A stretch of DNA of 51,052 nt from Bacteroidales bacterium (lineage in GTDB: Bacteria; Bacteroidota; Bacteroidia; Bacteroidales; UBA932). Within the stretch, counting starts at the first letter, position 1. The number at the start of each line of letters is the position of its first letter. A program made the translations under genes and the position numbers. This document shows positions 18,824-28,137 of the stretch, one piece after another. The DNA is taken from NCBI GenBank assembly GCA_024398315.1, contig JAKSJH010000001.1, positions 1 through 51,052 on the forward strand, written 5' to 3'. The notes beneath the pieces were generated by a model. That model had not been told where the DNA came from and did no database searches. It saw only the letters and a list, made by a program, of their open reading frames with translations.

Positions 18824-19939
18824 CGAGTCGGCACTTTCCGGGAAACTGAACAGGTCCAGACTGTCGAGCCCTTCAAGGAGAAGACTGTCATCCATTTCCG
18901 GGTACCGCGGCTCAAGGCCGCGCAGCCTGTCATATTTGTTGAGGACGGTCTTGACATAGGCTCTCGTCTCCTCTCCCTTGAATGGCATCGGCCTGGAGTC
19001 AAGCGAGTCGGCAGGGACAGGCAGGTCGCCCATCTCCTTGATGAACCCGTCGAGGTTCTCCCAAAAGGAAGGGTCCACGCCTGACTTCTGTGCATAGTTG
19101 ACGCACTCCAGGATCCTGCCCCCTCCTGCATTGTAGGCGGCGAGGGTGAACTTGATCAGTTCCTCATCATTGGCGGCGACATCCACGAACAGATTGCGGA
19201 ATGCCTTCAGGACCTCACATCCGGCTTTGATGCTCTGATCCGGATCAAGGTAGTCCTCCACGGCGAACTGGCTTGCCGTGCGCGGCATCATCTGCATCAG
19301 CCCGACGGCTCCTCTGTGTGAGACATCCTCGATCCTGAACTTGGATTCCGTCCAGGTAAGGGCTGCCAGCAGCCTCCAGTCCCATCCTGTTATGTGTGAA
19401 TGTTTCTGGAACACTTCATCGTAGGGACTGATCCGGGAGCGGCTCTGATTGTCGATGAAGAACCTTTCCAGGGATGATGTCTGGGCAGGCGAGCCGATGA
19501 AGCCGATGAGCCAGTGGGCGAATTCAGCCTTGATTCCGGGTAAGTCCTTCATCACCCACAGCATGGTGGTGTCGACAACGTTGGCGGAATACAGTCCTTC
19601 TCTTGCAACGAAACTGCATGAAGGGACGACAGCTATGTCGAGGCTGTCCCGCAGGATGAGACTGATTGAAGAGTCCCCGGATTCAGAGATGGTCACTCGT
19701 GCTGTGTCACCTATGGCCGATGCGAAGCTGCACAGGGTCTCGTAGTGGTAGCCGGAGAGATAGTCCTTTGAACTCCTTCCTGCCTCCCCGATGAATATCT
19801 GGCAGCGGATGTCGTTGGAAGGGAACGGGTTGGCCGAAGAATGCCTGCTGACTCTCCCCGTGAACGGAATGATGAGGGAAACCAGGAGGACAGGGATGAA
19901 ATACTTGAGGAATTTCTTTGTGACTCTCTTCAGACCCAT
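18707..19939 (-). CDS. Lytic transglycosylase (SLT domain, MltF-like)
   Basis: 410 aa; DWRLLAAL..TESKF (catalytic Glu), GAVGLMQMMP, LAAYNAG, GEETRAYV. Confidence 0.85.
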   Translation of the reverse strand: MGLKRVTKKFLKYFIPVLLVSLIIPFTGRVSRHSSANPFPSNDIRCQIFIGEAGRSSKDYLSGYHYETLCSFASAIGDTARVTISESGDSSISLILRDSLDIAVVPSCSFVAREGLYSANVVDTTMLWVMKDLPGIKAEFAHWLIGFIGSPAQTSSLERFFIDNQSRSRISPYDEVFQKHSHITGWDWRLLAALTWTESKFRIEDVSHRGAVGLMQMMPRTASQFAVEDYLDPDQSIKAGCEVLKAFRNLFVDVAANDEELIKFTLAAYNAGGGRILECVNYAQKSGVDPSFWENLDGFIKEMGDLPVPADSLDSRPMPFKGEETRAYVKTVLNKYDRLRGLEPRYPEMDDSLLLEGLDSLDLFSFPESADSLLSPDSLRRVDLGDEHARDEEKQQDDDKGDDVSGKDPR

Positions 19940-19954
19940 GCCGTTTTCTGTTTG

Positions 19955-22681
19955 CTAGTGACCTACGACAGGCTGGTTGCTTCGAGGACTCCTTGGCGCG
20001 TTGACCCCTGAAGTCGCCTTGGAAGAAGACATGCTCCCGCCCGCCTGGACTGCCTTGTTCTCGGCAGGCTGCTTGTAGAACGGCCAGCATATTCCGAACT
20101 TGAGGGCTCTCTGTGTGCGGATGAAGTGGTGCGCGCTGAAATAGTCGGCCCTTTCCATCGGCCAGCCCATTCCGGCGTTCTCCATCTTTACGAATATGCA
20201 GGCTCTCTTCCACTGCATGTTCACGAATGCATCGATGAAAGGTCCGTTGTTGTATTTCTCGACTTTCTGGTTGTAGAACGCACCCACTGCAGGGTTCCAG
20301 CCAGGAGAGTAGTATTTGGTGTTCCACCAGGTGTCCGCTCCGATCTGGATCTGGAGAACGTTCTTGGTCGGATTGAGCTGGAGGTACCATCTTGCGTTCG
20401 CAGCAAGAGTCGGGACCGGAACGACGTCCTGGTTCGAGGATGCCTGGAAGAGGATCCTGTTGTCCAGATGGACCGGACCGAAGACGAAGTTCTTCTTAAG
20501 GGATGCACTGAGCACGCTCATCGCCTTGTCGTTCTGGCGGATTATCGCAGTTGTGTCGTGGTAGAGGTTTCCGTTGAGAAGGGCGTAGCCGACGTCGATC
20601 CCGACCTTCCACCTTGGAATCGAGATGCTTCCCTTTATCTTGGTGGTGGAGACCTTGCCGAAATCGTTGTCCCACCTGTAGTGGTTCGAGATGTAGTGCT
20701 GGCTGTAGAACTCCGGCTCGTCGAGACTGGTCTCGAAATGCCCTCCGAGCACTATAGGACTCTTTCTCGCCTTTCTGAACGGGTATATGTTGAGCCTGGC
20801 GTCCGCCTTCAGCGACATGTCACCGGCCTCTTCTCCAAGGAGCACGAAGTCTCCTGTGGCGTTCCAGTGGACATATTCCTTGAGCTGGCCTTCGGCTCCG
20901 GCATAGACGTAGGTGGAGTTCCAGGTCTCGTTGGATGTGCCCCTGAGGAACGACGGGTCCATGACGCTGTAGGAGAGTATCCTGTTGCCGATTCCTCCTC
21001 CAATTCTGGAGACTATTGCGTCGTCGGACCATGGCTGAAGCCTCAGGAAAGCCCTGTTCTCCAGCTTCATCACTCTTGAAGAGTCATTGGAAGCGACAGG
21101 GTTGAGGAGGAAGTTCCCGCCGTAGAACTCCCTGGCCTTGAGCGCGCTGGTCTGGATGATGTCTGAATATGTCCTAGTGAAGACTGAATATTCGGAACTG
21201 TGCCCGATGAAGGCTGTGGTCACGTCCTTGTCTCCGGTGGTGTCGGCTTCTTCACGAGCGGCCTCATGCTCGGCGAGAAGCTCCATCATCCCGCGGATGA
21301 GAGAGGTGTCTCCGAGGGCGAGTATACTGTCCTTGTAGTGCTTGTCAGCCTTGATCTCCTTGTGGTATTTCAGATTCTTGAGGAATGTGAACGGAATCCT
21401 GTACTGCTGGTCGAAGAAGACCGTGTTCTTCTTTATCCTGGTCGAGGCGTTGTTCAGCAGGACAGGGAACTCCCTGGCGTCCAGCGTCGTGTCCCTGACC
21501 ATGGTGTTGTCCGTGATTCCTCCGTTCTCTTTCCTGGAGACCATGTTGTAGATGTAGCCTCCGTGAGCGACATATCTCTTCCCGAGATAGTTTGCGCTCA
21601 GAAGGAAGGTCTTGTTGGTGGTGGTCTCGTTCTCGAGGATGCCTCCGCCTCCGAACCTGTCATATTCAAGAGTGAAATTGAACTGCGGGAACAGGTTCTG
21701 GGTGGTCAGGATGTGGAGGTTGTCGGAAGACCTCTGGGTCGGTGCGAAGAGGGTTCCGTAGTAGGCCAGTTCCGTGTAAGGTGTCTTGGTGTTGTACATC
21801 GGCACATTCTTCGGGGAGAATGTCCAGGCTTCGTAAGGGTCGTAGAACGATACTCCGTTCTGGCTCTCCCTCTTGAAGAAATCGTAGTACTGGGCTGCGG
21901 ATCCGGCGACGCCCAGCCAGGTGGCGTTGACGTCGTTCCTGAAGATCGGATAGTCGTGGAAATGGTAGTTGTAGCTGGTGTCGACAGGCTGGACGTCCAT
22001 CTCGTGGAACTCCTGGGTCGGGGTCCAGGTCACGATTCTCTTGTACAGCATCGAATCCGGGAATGCGTAGGTCTCAAGGATCCTCGGTACATTCTCGCGG
22101 ATGCTGTCCTTGTAGTTCTTTATGCTGTCCTTCACGTTCTGGATGCTGTCCGCCATATGTTTCATGACGACCATCTTCTTGTTGAACTCGTACTTCTTCC
22201 TTTCCTCCTTGGACAGGCCTGCGTACCAGGCGTCGCAGGCGGCCTTCTTCCTGATGGCGGAGTCCAGGCTGTAAAGCGAGTCAATCCGCGGCCAGTCGAG
22301 GCTGTCGCCTGCCTGCCTGAGGGAGTCCCTTACTTGAATATGTGTGGCGGAGTCCAGCAGAGCGACATAGTACTTGTATCTGAACGGATCCGTGTCCTTG
22401 AGCGAATCTGGAGGGAAGATCGTGTCCCTCGCCGTCAGACGTGGCGTCGTGTCTGTCTGAACGAGGGAAAGCACAGAGGTGTCCTCCTCCTCGACGGACA
22501 GCACTTTTCCGATGAACTGGTTCTTGTATTCTATGGTGTCGGGCCTGTCTGACGGGGATGCAGTGACAAGTGCACAACCCGGGTCTCCCGGGTAGTGCAG
22601 CGGGGACATCCCGACGGTCTGAATCGCGATGAAGCAGACAATCAGGGCCGGGAACCAGAATCTTTTCAATACGTTTCTCAT
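19955..22681 (-). CDS. Putative outer-membrane porin (Bacteroidota Porin_10-like beta-barrel) with N-terminal extension
   Basis: 908 aa; YNTKTPYTELAY, ENGGI, amphipathic beta-strands ending in FGICWPF. Confidence 0.75.
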   Translation of the reverse strand: MRNVLKRFWFPALIVCFIAIQTVGMSPLHYPGDPGCALVTASPSDRPDTIEYKNQFIGKVLSVEEEDTSVLSLVQTDTTPRLTARDTIFPPDSLKDTDPFRYKYYVALLDSATHIQVRDSLRQAGDSLDWPRIDSLYSLDSAIRKKAACDAWYAGLSKEERKKYEFNKKMVVMKHMADSIQNVKDSIKNYKDSIRENVPRILETYAFPDSMLYKRIVTWTPTQEFHEMDVQPVDTSYNYHFHDYPIFRNDVNATWLGVAGSAAQYYDFFKRESQNGVSFYDPYEAWTFSPKNVPMYNTKTPYTELAYYGTLFAPTQRSSDNLHILTTQNLFPQFNFTLEYDRFGGGGILENETTTNKTFLLSANYLGKRYVAHGGYIYNMVSRKENGGITDNTMVRDTTLDAREFPVLLNNASTRIKKNTVFFDQQYRIPFTFLKNLKYHKEIKADKHYKDSILALGDTSLIRGMMELLAEHEAAREEADTTGDKDVTTAFIGHSSEYSVFTRTYSDIIQTSALKAREFYGGNFLLNPVASNDSSRVMKLENRAFLRLQPWSDDAIVSRIGGGIGNRILSYSVMDPSFLRGTSNETWNSTYVYAGAEGQLKEYVHWNATGDFVLLGEEAGDMSLKADARLNIYPFRKARKSPIVLGGHFETSLDEPEFYSQHYISNHYRWDNDFGKVSTTKIKGSISIPRWKVGIDVGYALLNGNLYHDTTAIIRQNDKAMSVLSASLKKNFVFGPVHLDNRILFQASSNQDVVPVPTLAANARWYLQLNPTKNVLQIQIGADTWWNTKYYSPGWNPAVGAFYNQKVEKYNNGPFIDAFVNMQWKRACIFVKMENAGMGWPMERADYFSAHHFIRTQRALKFGICWPFYKQPAENKAVQAGGSMSSSKATSGVNAPRSPRSNQPVVGH
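22101..22151 (-). repeat. 21-bp period tandem repeat in the porin gene (xDSIxNx heptads)
   Basis: ATGCTGTCC at 22101, 22122 and 22143; encodes ADSIQNV-KDSIKNY-KDSIREN. Confidence 0.7.
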
Positions 22682-22716
22682 ATCCGTTGCAGGCGGAGAT
22701 GTAATGTCATAATTTA

Positions 22717-22724
22717 CAAAGGTA
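22717..22724 (-). promoter_or_regulatory. -7 promoter box of porin-transglycosylase
   Basis: TACCTTTG on the minus strand 35 nt upstream of the ATG. Confidence 0.65.
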
Positions 22725-22820
22725 CTCTTTTTTCGTTGATTTAGGAATTTCTCAAAAACAAGTTGTTGTTCTATTCTGGCATATTTCTTCGCAGGCCTTT
22801 TTTTCTTCGGTTGAAAATGT

Positions 22821-22828
22821 TATATTTG
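22821..22828 (+). promoter_or_regulatory. -7 promoter box of the glycogen operon
   Basis: TATATTTG in the AT-rich divergent spacer upstream of glgB. Confidence 0.65.
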
Positions 22829-22900
22829 TGTATCATTTAAATCATTTAAATAAGGTCCTGTGTGGACCATCTCCCGATAGGGACTGCAAGGAAAGGCAAG

Positions 22901-24901
22901 ATGCTGTACGACAATGATCCATATCTTCTCCCTTTCAAGGAAGCCATCGATTTGAGGCATGAAAGGATATCCGGTGCCAGGAAAAGAATCGCCGGCCCCG
23001 GGGGCGGCAGGTTGTGCGATGCTGTTGGCAACCATCTGTATTATGGCCTTCATCGTACAGAGGAGGGCTCCTGGGTCTTCCGCGAATGGGCTCCGAATGC
23101 GACCCGCATCTATCTCATCGGTGATTTCAACGGATGGAAGAGGACAGGAGGCTATGCCCTGTCTCCTGTTGGGGACGGGAACTGGGAAATTGTGATCCCT
23201 GATTTCTTCATCCACCACGGCGATCTTTACAAACTTTACATAGAATGGCCCGGAGGTGGTGCAGAGAGGCTTCCGGCCTATGCCACCAGGGCCGTTCAGG
23301 ACGAGGAGACCAAGGCGTTCTGCGCTCAGGTGTGGGATCCTCAGGAATCATATTCATGGAAGAACGGCCGCCCTGTCAGGGTTTCGAATCCTTTGATTTA
23401 CGAGTGTCACATCGGAATGTCCTCAGAGGAGGAGAAGGTGTCCTCCTTCGATGAGTTCCGCCGGACTGTCCTGCCGCGGGTCGCTGATCTCGGTTACAAT
23501 GTTATCCAGATAATGGCTCTTCAGGAGCATCCTTACTACGGGTCGTTCGGCTACCAGGTTTCGAATTTCTATGCCCTGAGTTCCAGGTTCGGCACTCCTG
23601 AAGAGTTCAAGGCTCTGGTCGACGAGGCCCACGGGCTTGGCATATCGGTCATCATGGACCTGGTCCATTCGCATTCCGTTGAGAACGAGGCCGAGGGACT
23701 GAGCATGTTCGACGGGACGGAGGATCTCTATTTTCATTCCGGTCCGCAGGGACGCCATCCCGCATGGGGCTCCCGGTGCTTCAACTACGGCAAGGACGCT
23801 GCGGTCTGGTTTCTGCTTTCCAACTGCAAGTACTGGCTTGAGGAATATCATCTCGACGGTTTCCGCTTCGACGGTGTCACTTCCATGCTCTACTGGGACC
23901 ACGGCCTGGAGAAGGCTTTCTCCGGCTACGACGCCTATTTCGACAGCGGGGTGGATGAGTCCGCGGTCACATACCTTGCTCTTGCGAACATGCTTGTCCA
24001 TGAACTGGTTCCGTCTGCCCTGACCATTGCAGAGGATGTGAGCGGAATGGCAGGTCTGGCCGCCCCGTTCGAGGAAGGCGGAGTCGGGTTCGACTTCAGG
24101 ATGGCGATGGGTGTGGCCGACCACTGGATCAAGTGGATAAAGGAGAAGACTGACGAGGAGTGGAGTCCGGGGGAGATATGGTACGAGCTCACCAACAAGA
24201 GAGAGGATGAAAAGACCATCAGTTACGCAGAGTGTCACGACCAGGCGCTTGTCGGGGACAAGACTCTGATCTTCCGGCTGGTGGATGAGAAGATGTACAC
24301 CTCGATGGACAAGGCGTCGCATGACCTGGTCGTCGAGAGGGGAGTTGCCCTGCACAAAATGATAAGGCTTGTGACCCTGGCCACGTGCGGCGGCGGCTAC
24401 CTCAATTTCATGGGCAACGAGTTCGGCCATCCGGAATGGATCGACTTCCCGAGGGAGGGGAACGGATGGTCTTACAAATATGCCAGGAGGCAGTGGTCGC
24501 TGGACAATCCTCTCCTCTATTATCACGACCTCTGTTCCTTCGATGCTGCGATGATATCTTTCATCAAGGAGACAGGGTGCCTGGAGGACAGACCGGAGCT
24601 TCTCGTCTCTGATGAAGAGAAAAAAGTCTTGATATTCAAGAGAAAAAATGCTATTTTTGCGGCGAATTTCCATCCTGGGGCATCATACGCCGACTATGCG
24701 TTTGCAGCGCCTGCAGGAGAGTATGTCACCGCTCTCGACTCCGATGCCGTCGAATTCGGCGGACCGGCGCGTCTGGACGACAGTGTCCACCACTTCACCA
24801 GACCTGTCAGAAGTGACGAAGGAAATCAATCCACTGACGACATTCTGTCTCTGTATCTACCATGCAGGTCAGTTGTCGTCTATAAAGTGTTAGAACAGTA
24901 A
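22901..24901 (+). CDS. glgB: 1,4-alpha-glucan branching enzyme (GH13, eukaryote-like subtype)
   Basis: FREWAPNA, IYECHIGMSS, DGFRFDGVTSM, IAEDVSG, YAECHDQ, NFMGNEFGHPEW. Start is ATG 22901 or GTG 22862. Confidence 0.93.
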   Translation: MLYDNDPYLLPFKEAIDLRHERISGARKRIAGPGGGRLCDAVGNHLYYGLHRTEEGSWVFREWAPNATRIYLIGDFNGWKRTGGYALSPVGDGNWEIVIPDFFIHHGDLYKLYIEWPGGGAERLPAYATRAVQDEETKAFCAQVWDPQESYSWKNGRPVRVSNPLIYECHIGMSSEEEKVSSFDEFRRTVLPRVADLGYNVIQIMALQEHPYYGSFGYQVSNFYALSSRFGTPEEFKALVDEAHGLGISVIMDLVHSHSVENEAEGLSMFDGTEDLYFHSGPQGRHPAWGSRCFNYGKDAAVWFLLSNCKYWLEEYHLDGFRFDGVTSMLYWDHGLEKAFSGYDAYFDSGVDESAVTYLALANMLVHELVPSALTIAEDVSGMAGLAAPFEEGGVGFDFRMAMGVADHWIKWIKEKTDEEWSPGEIWYELTNKREDEKTISYAECHDQALVGDKTLIFRLVDEKMYTSMDKASHDLVVERGVALHKMIRLVTLATCGGGYLNFMGNEFGHPEWIDFPREGNGWSYKYARRQWSLDNPLLYYHDLCSFDAAMISFIKETGCLEDRPELLVSDEEKKVLIFKRKNAIFAANFHPGASYADYAFAAPAGEYVTALDSDAVEFGGPARLDDSVHHFTRPVRSDEGNQSTDDILSLYLPCRSVVVYKVLEQ

Positions 24902-24913
24902 TTAAAATATTTT

Positions 24914-26842
24914 ATGTCGTTTCTTCAGTTTAACAAGGCGGAACTGGTCAACCTTTCATATTCATTGAAAAGGCAGATCATCCTTGCCAACAAGACGGGA
25001 GCCTACTGCAACACTTCCATCATCGCCTGCAACACCAGGCGCTACCATGGACTGCTCGCAGTGACGCTCGACAGGTTCGGCGGGGACAGGTATCTTCTTC
25101 TTTCGTCGCTTGACGAAAGCCTTGTCATGGGAGGGAAACAGTTCAATCTCGGTCTTCACTGCTATGGTGACATCTTCGAGCCGAGGGGCCACAAGTACAT
25201 TGTGGACTTCCAGGCGGACCCTGTCACCATGATCACCTACAAAGTCGGTGACATAGTGTTTACCAAGAGCATAATCCTGGCGCCGGACTCCGATTCGGTC
25301 TATGTCAGGTACGAACTCCTTCAGGCCCCCTCTCCGGTGACGCTGCTCGTGAAGCCGTTCCTGGCTTTCAGAAACATCCATGACCTCACCTACAGGAATT
25401 CCGAAGCGGACCCTTCCGCCAAGGATGTCAGCGGTGGCGTCTCTTTCAGACTCTACTCCTCTTTCCCGGACCTGTTCCTGCAGGCCAGCTCGTCTTCGGC
25501 GGTGTTCACTTCACATCCTGACTGGTACATGGGCATCACCTACGCCGACGAGTACCGCCGCGGCTTCGACTGCACCGAGGATCTGATGGTCCCGGGCACT
25601 TTCGAACTCAGGATGAAGGCCGGCGAGTCGGTGGTCTTCTGCGCTTCGACTTCAGAGAAGAAGCCTTCGATGATCAAGAGGCAGTTCAACTCCTATGCGG
25701 CCAAGGCTCCTGAAATCACAGGAATCAAGGACCAGCTTCTCCGCTGCGCAGACTCTCTCGTGACCAACCACAACGGAAGGAAGATGATCTGCGCCGGGCT
25801 TTCTTGGATGAAGACGGGACTCCTCAGGGAGACTCTCAGGGCCCTTCCGGGACTGACCCTCCATGCCGGGAAGCCGCAGGAGTTCGAGGAGATCCTCGAC
25901 AATCTCATCGCCGCCGAGGAGGACAGGTTCTTCCACAGGACCACCCAGGCCGAGGCTCCTCTGACCGTGACAGTCGCCCTTCAGAAGTACATTGAATACG
26001 GGGCCGACCCGAAGGCGGTCTGGAAGAAATATTCAGGAATACTGAAGAACGTTCTTGAAAGCTATCTGCCAGGAGGCAGGGAGGAGATCTCGATGCAGCC
26101 GGACGGTCTGCTCTGGTCCCAGAAGCACAACACCGCACTTTCTTGGATGAACGCCTACATCAACGGCGTCCCGGTGACGGAGAGGGCCGGCTACCAGGTC
26201 GAGACCAACGGCTACTGGTACAATGCTATCTGCTTCGCCATCGAGATGGAGACCCGCTACGGTACTCCTGACAAGGATTTCATCTACCGCTGGACCAAGG
26301 TCAGGAACATGGTGGAGGACAATTTCGAGAACAAGTTCTGGTGCGCTGAGAACCACTGCCTTGCAGACTACGTGGGCGTCGACGGCCAGAATCTTGACAT
26401 CCGTCCGAACCAGATATTCGCAATCAGCCTTGATTACTGCCCGGTGGACCCTATGAAGGTCGAGCAGGTCCTCAAGGTCGTGGAGAAGGAACTTGTCACG
26501 AGAAGAGGTATCAGGACCCTTTCTCCGCGTGATGTTAAATACAAGGGTGTCTATGACGGCACCCAGATAGAGAGAGACCTGGCCTACCACCAGGGAAGCA
26601 CCCGCACCGCCCTGCTCCTTCCTTATGCGGAAGTCTGCTTCAAGGTGCAGGGAGCGTCCTTCGTCAAGAAGGCCGAATGGCTCGTCGAGGGTTTCTTCGA
26701 CGATCTCGGAACCCATGGCGTGGGAGCCTTCTCTGAACTTTATGACGGAGATCCGCCACATGAACCTCACGGGGCGATCTCTTCTGCGTTGAGTACTTCG
26801 GCTCTGTTGAGCATGATTAACCTTATTGAGAGGAACAGATGA
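24914..26842 (+). CDS. Glycogen debranching enzyme family (amylo-alpha-1,6-glucosidase, GH133-like)
   Basis: 642 aa; CNTRRYHGLL N-domain, IRPNQIFA, GIRTLSP, YHQG, SELYDGDPP. Confidence 0.85.
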   Translation: MSFLQFNKAELVNLSYSLKRQIILANKTGAYCNTSIIACNTRRYHGLLAVTLDRFGGDRYLLLSSLDESLVMGGKQFNLGLHCYGDIFEPRGHKYIVDFQADPVTMITYKVGDIVFTKSIILAPDSDSVYVRYELLQAPSPVTLLVKPFLAFRNIHDLTYRNSEADPSAKDVSGGVSFRLYSSFPDLFLQASSSSAVFTSHPDWYMGITYADEYRRGFDCTEDLMVPGTFELRMKAGESVVFCASTSEKKPSMIKRQFNSYAAKAPEITGIKDQLLRCADSLVTNHNGRKMICAGLSWMKTGLLRETLRALPGLTLHAGKPQEFEEILDNLIAAEEDRFFHRTTQAEAPLTVTVALQKYIEYGADPKAVWKKYSGILKNVLESYLPGGREEISMQPDGLLWSQKHNTALSWMNAYINGVPVTERAGYQVETNGYWYNAICFAIEMETRYGTPDKDFIYRWTKVRNMVEDNFENKFWCAENHCLADYVGVDGQNLDIRPNQIFAISLDYCPVDPMKVEQVLKVVEKELVTRRGIRTLSPRDVKYKGVYDGTQIERDLAYHQGSTRTALLLPYAEVCFKVQGASFVKKAEWLVEGFFDDLGTHGVGAFSELYDGDPPHEPHGAISSALSTSALLSMINLIERNR

Positions 26843-28131
26843 AAGTCTTGATGTTTGGCTGGGAATTCCCGCCTCATATCGCCGGTGGTCTGGGCACCGC
26901 CTGCGAAGGAATAGTCAAAGGACTGGCCTACAACGGTGTGGAGACATTGTTCGTGATGCCTTCCGCTTCCGGTGACGAAGACCAGAGCGCAACGACCATC
27001 ATCAACGCCAGCGACGTTCCTGTCGACACTGTCTCCAGGAGCGTGGACGAGTTCCTCGGCAAGGTGAAGTTCGTGCACATCGGAACGAACATGATTCCTT
27101 ATGTGGGTCCGGAAGAATTCTCAAGCATGGTCGAGGAGGAACGCCGCCGCCAGACTGAGGATTTCAGGATCCAGTACGGTATGAAGTACAAGTTCTCCGG
27201 CAAGTACGGGGCCAACCTCATGGAGGAGGTCGCCCGCTACGCAATGGTCGGAGGAACCATCGCGATGCAGCACAAGGACGAGTTCGACGTCATCCACGCC
27301 CACGACTGGCTGACCTATCTCGCCGGCATAGCCGCCAAGGAGCTTACCGGCAAGCCGCTCGTTGTCCACGTCCACGCCACATCCTACGACAGGGGTGACG
27401 AGAAGCACATGGACACCCGCGTCCTCGACATCGAGACGAGGGGCATGATGGCCGCAGACAGGGTTGTCACCGTCAGCAACCTCACCAGGAACATAGTTAT
27501 CAACAAATACCACATCGACCCGGCCAAAGTCGTGACTGTCCACAACGCAGTCGACTTCAGCGGCCGCGAGGACCTCGAAGTGGAGAGGGGAGTCAGGGAC
27601 AAGGTGATCACCTTCCTCGGACGTATCACTTTCCAGAAGGGGCCTGAGTATTTCATCGAGGCTGCCGCCAAAGTCCTCAAGAGGACAAAGGACGTGCGTT
27701 TCGTGATGGCCGGAAGCGGTGACATGATGAACAAGTGCATCAAGCATGTCGCGAAGCTGGGCATCTCGGACAGGTTCCATTTCACCGGATTCCTCCGTGG
27801 AAAGGATGTCCAGAAGATGTTCGCCCTCTCCGACGTCTACATCATGCCGTCCGTCTCCGAACCTTTCGGCATCTCTCCTCTTGAGGCGATGCGCACCAAT
27901 GTGCCTTCGATCATATCCCACCAGTCTGGCGCTGCCGAGATCCTGACCTACGCGTTCAAGGTGGACTTCTGGGATGTGGACGCCATGGCGGACTGCATCT
28001 ACGCTCTCCTCAAGTACCCGGCTCTCGCATCTTTCGCCGCGAAGCACGGCTTCGAGGAAGTCAACCGTCTCAAGTGGAACGGAGCGACCGCGAAGTTGAA
28101 ATCAGTTTATGAATCAGTAATTCAAAAATAA
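26839..28131 (+). CDS. Glycosyltransferase family 4 (glycogen cluster)
   Basis: 430 aa; FGWEFPPHIAGGLG, IHAHDW, GRITFQKG, PSVSEPFGISPLEAM. Confidence 0.9.
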   Translation: MKVLMFGWEFPPHIAGGLGTACEGIVKGLAYNGVETLFVMPSASGDEDQSATTIINASDVPVDTVSRSVDEFLGKVKFVHIGTNMIPYVGPEEFSSMVEEERRRQTEDFRIQYGMKYKFSGKYGANLMEEVARYAMVGGTIAMQHKDEFDVIHAHDWLTYLAGIAAKELTGKPLVVHVHATSYDRGDEKHMDTRVLDIETRGMMAADRVVTVSNLTRNIVINKYHIDPAKVVTVHNAVDFSGREDLEVERGVRDKVITFLGRITFQKGPEYFIEAAAKVLKRTKDVRFVMAGSGDMMNKCIKHVAKLGISDRFHFTGFLRGKDVQKMFALSDVYIMPSVSEPFGISPLEAMRTNVPSIISHQSGAAEILTYAFKVDFWDVDAMADCIYALLKYPALASFAAKHGFEEVNRLKWNGATAKLKSVYESVIQK

Positions 28132-28137
28132 AAGAAT

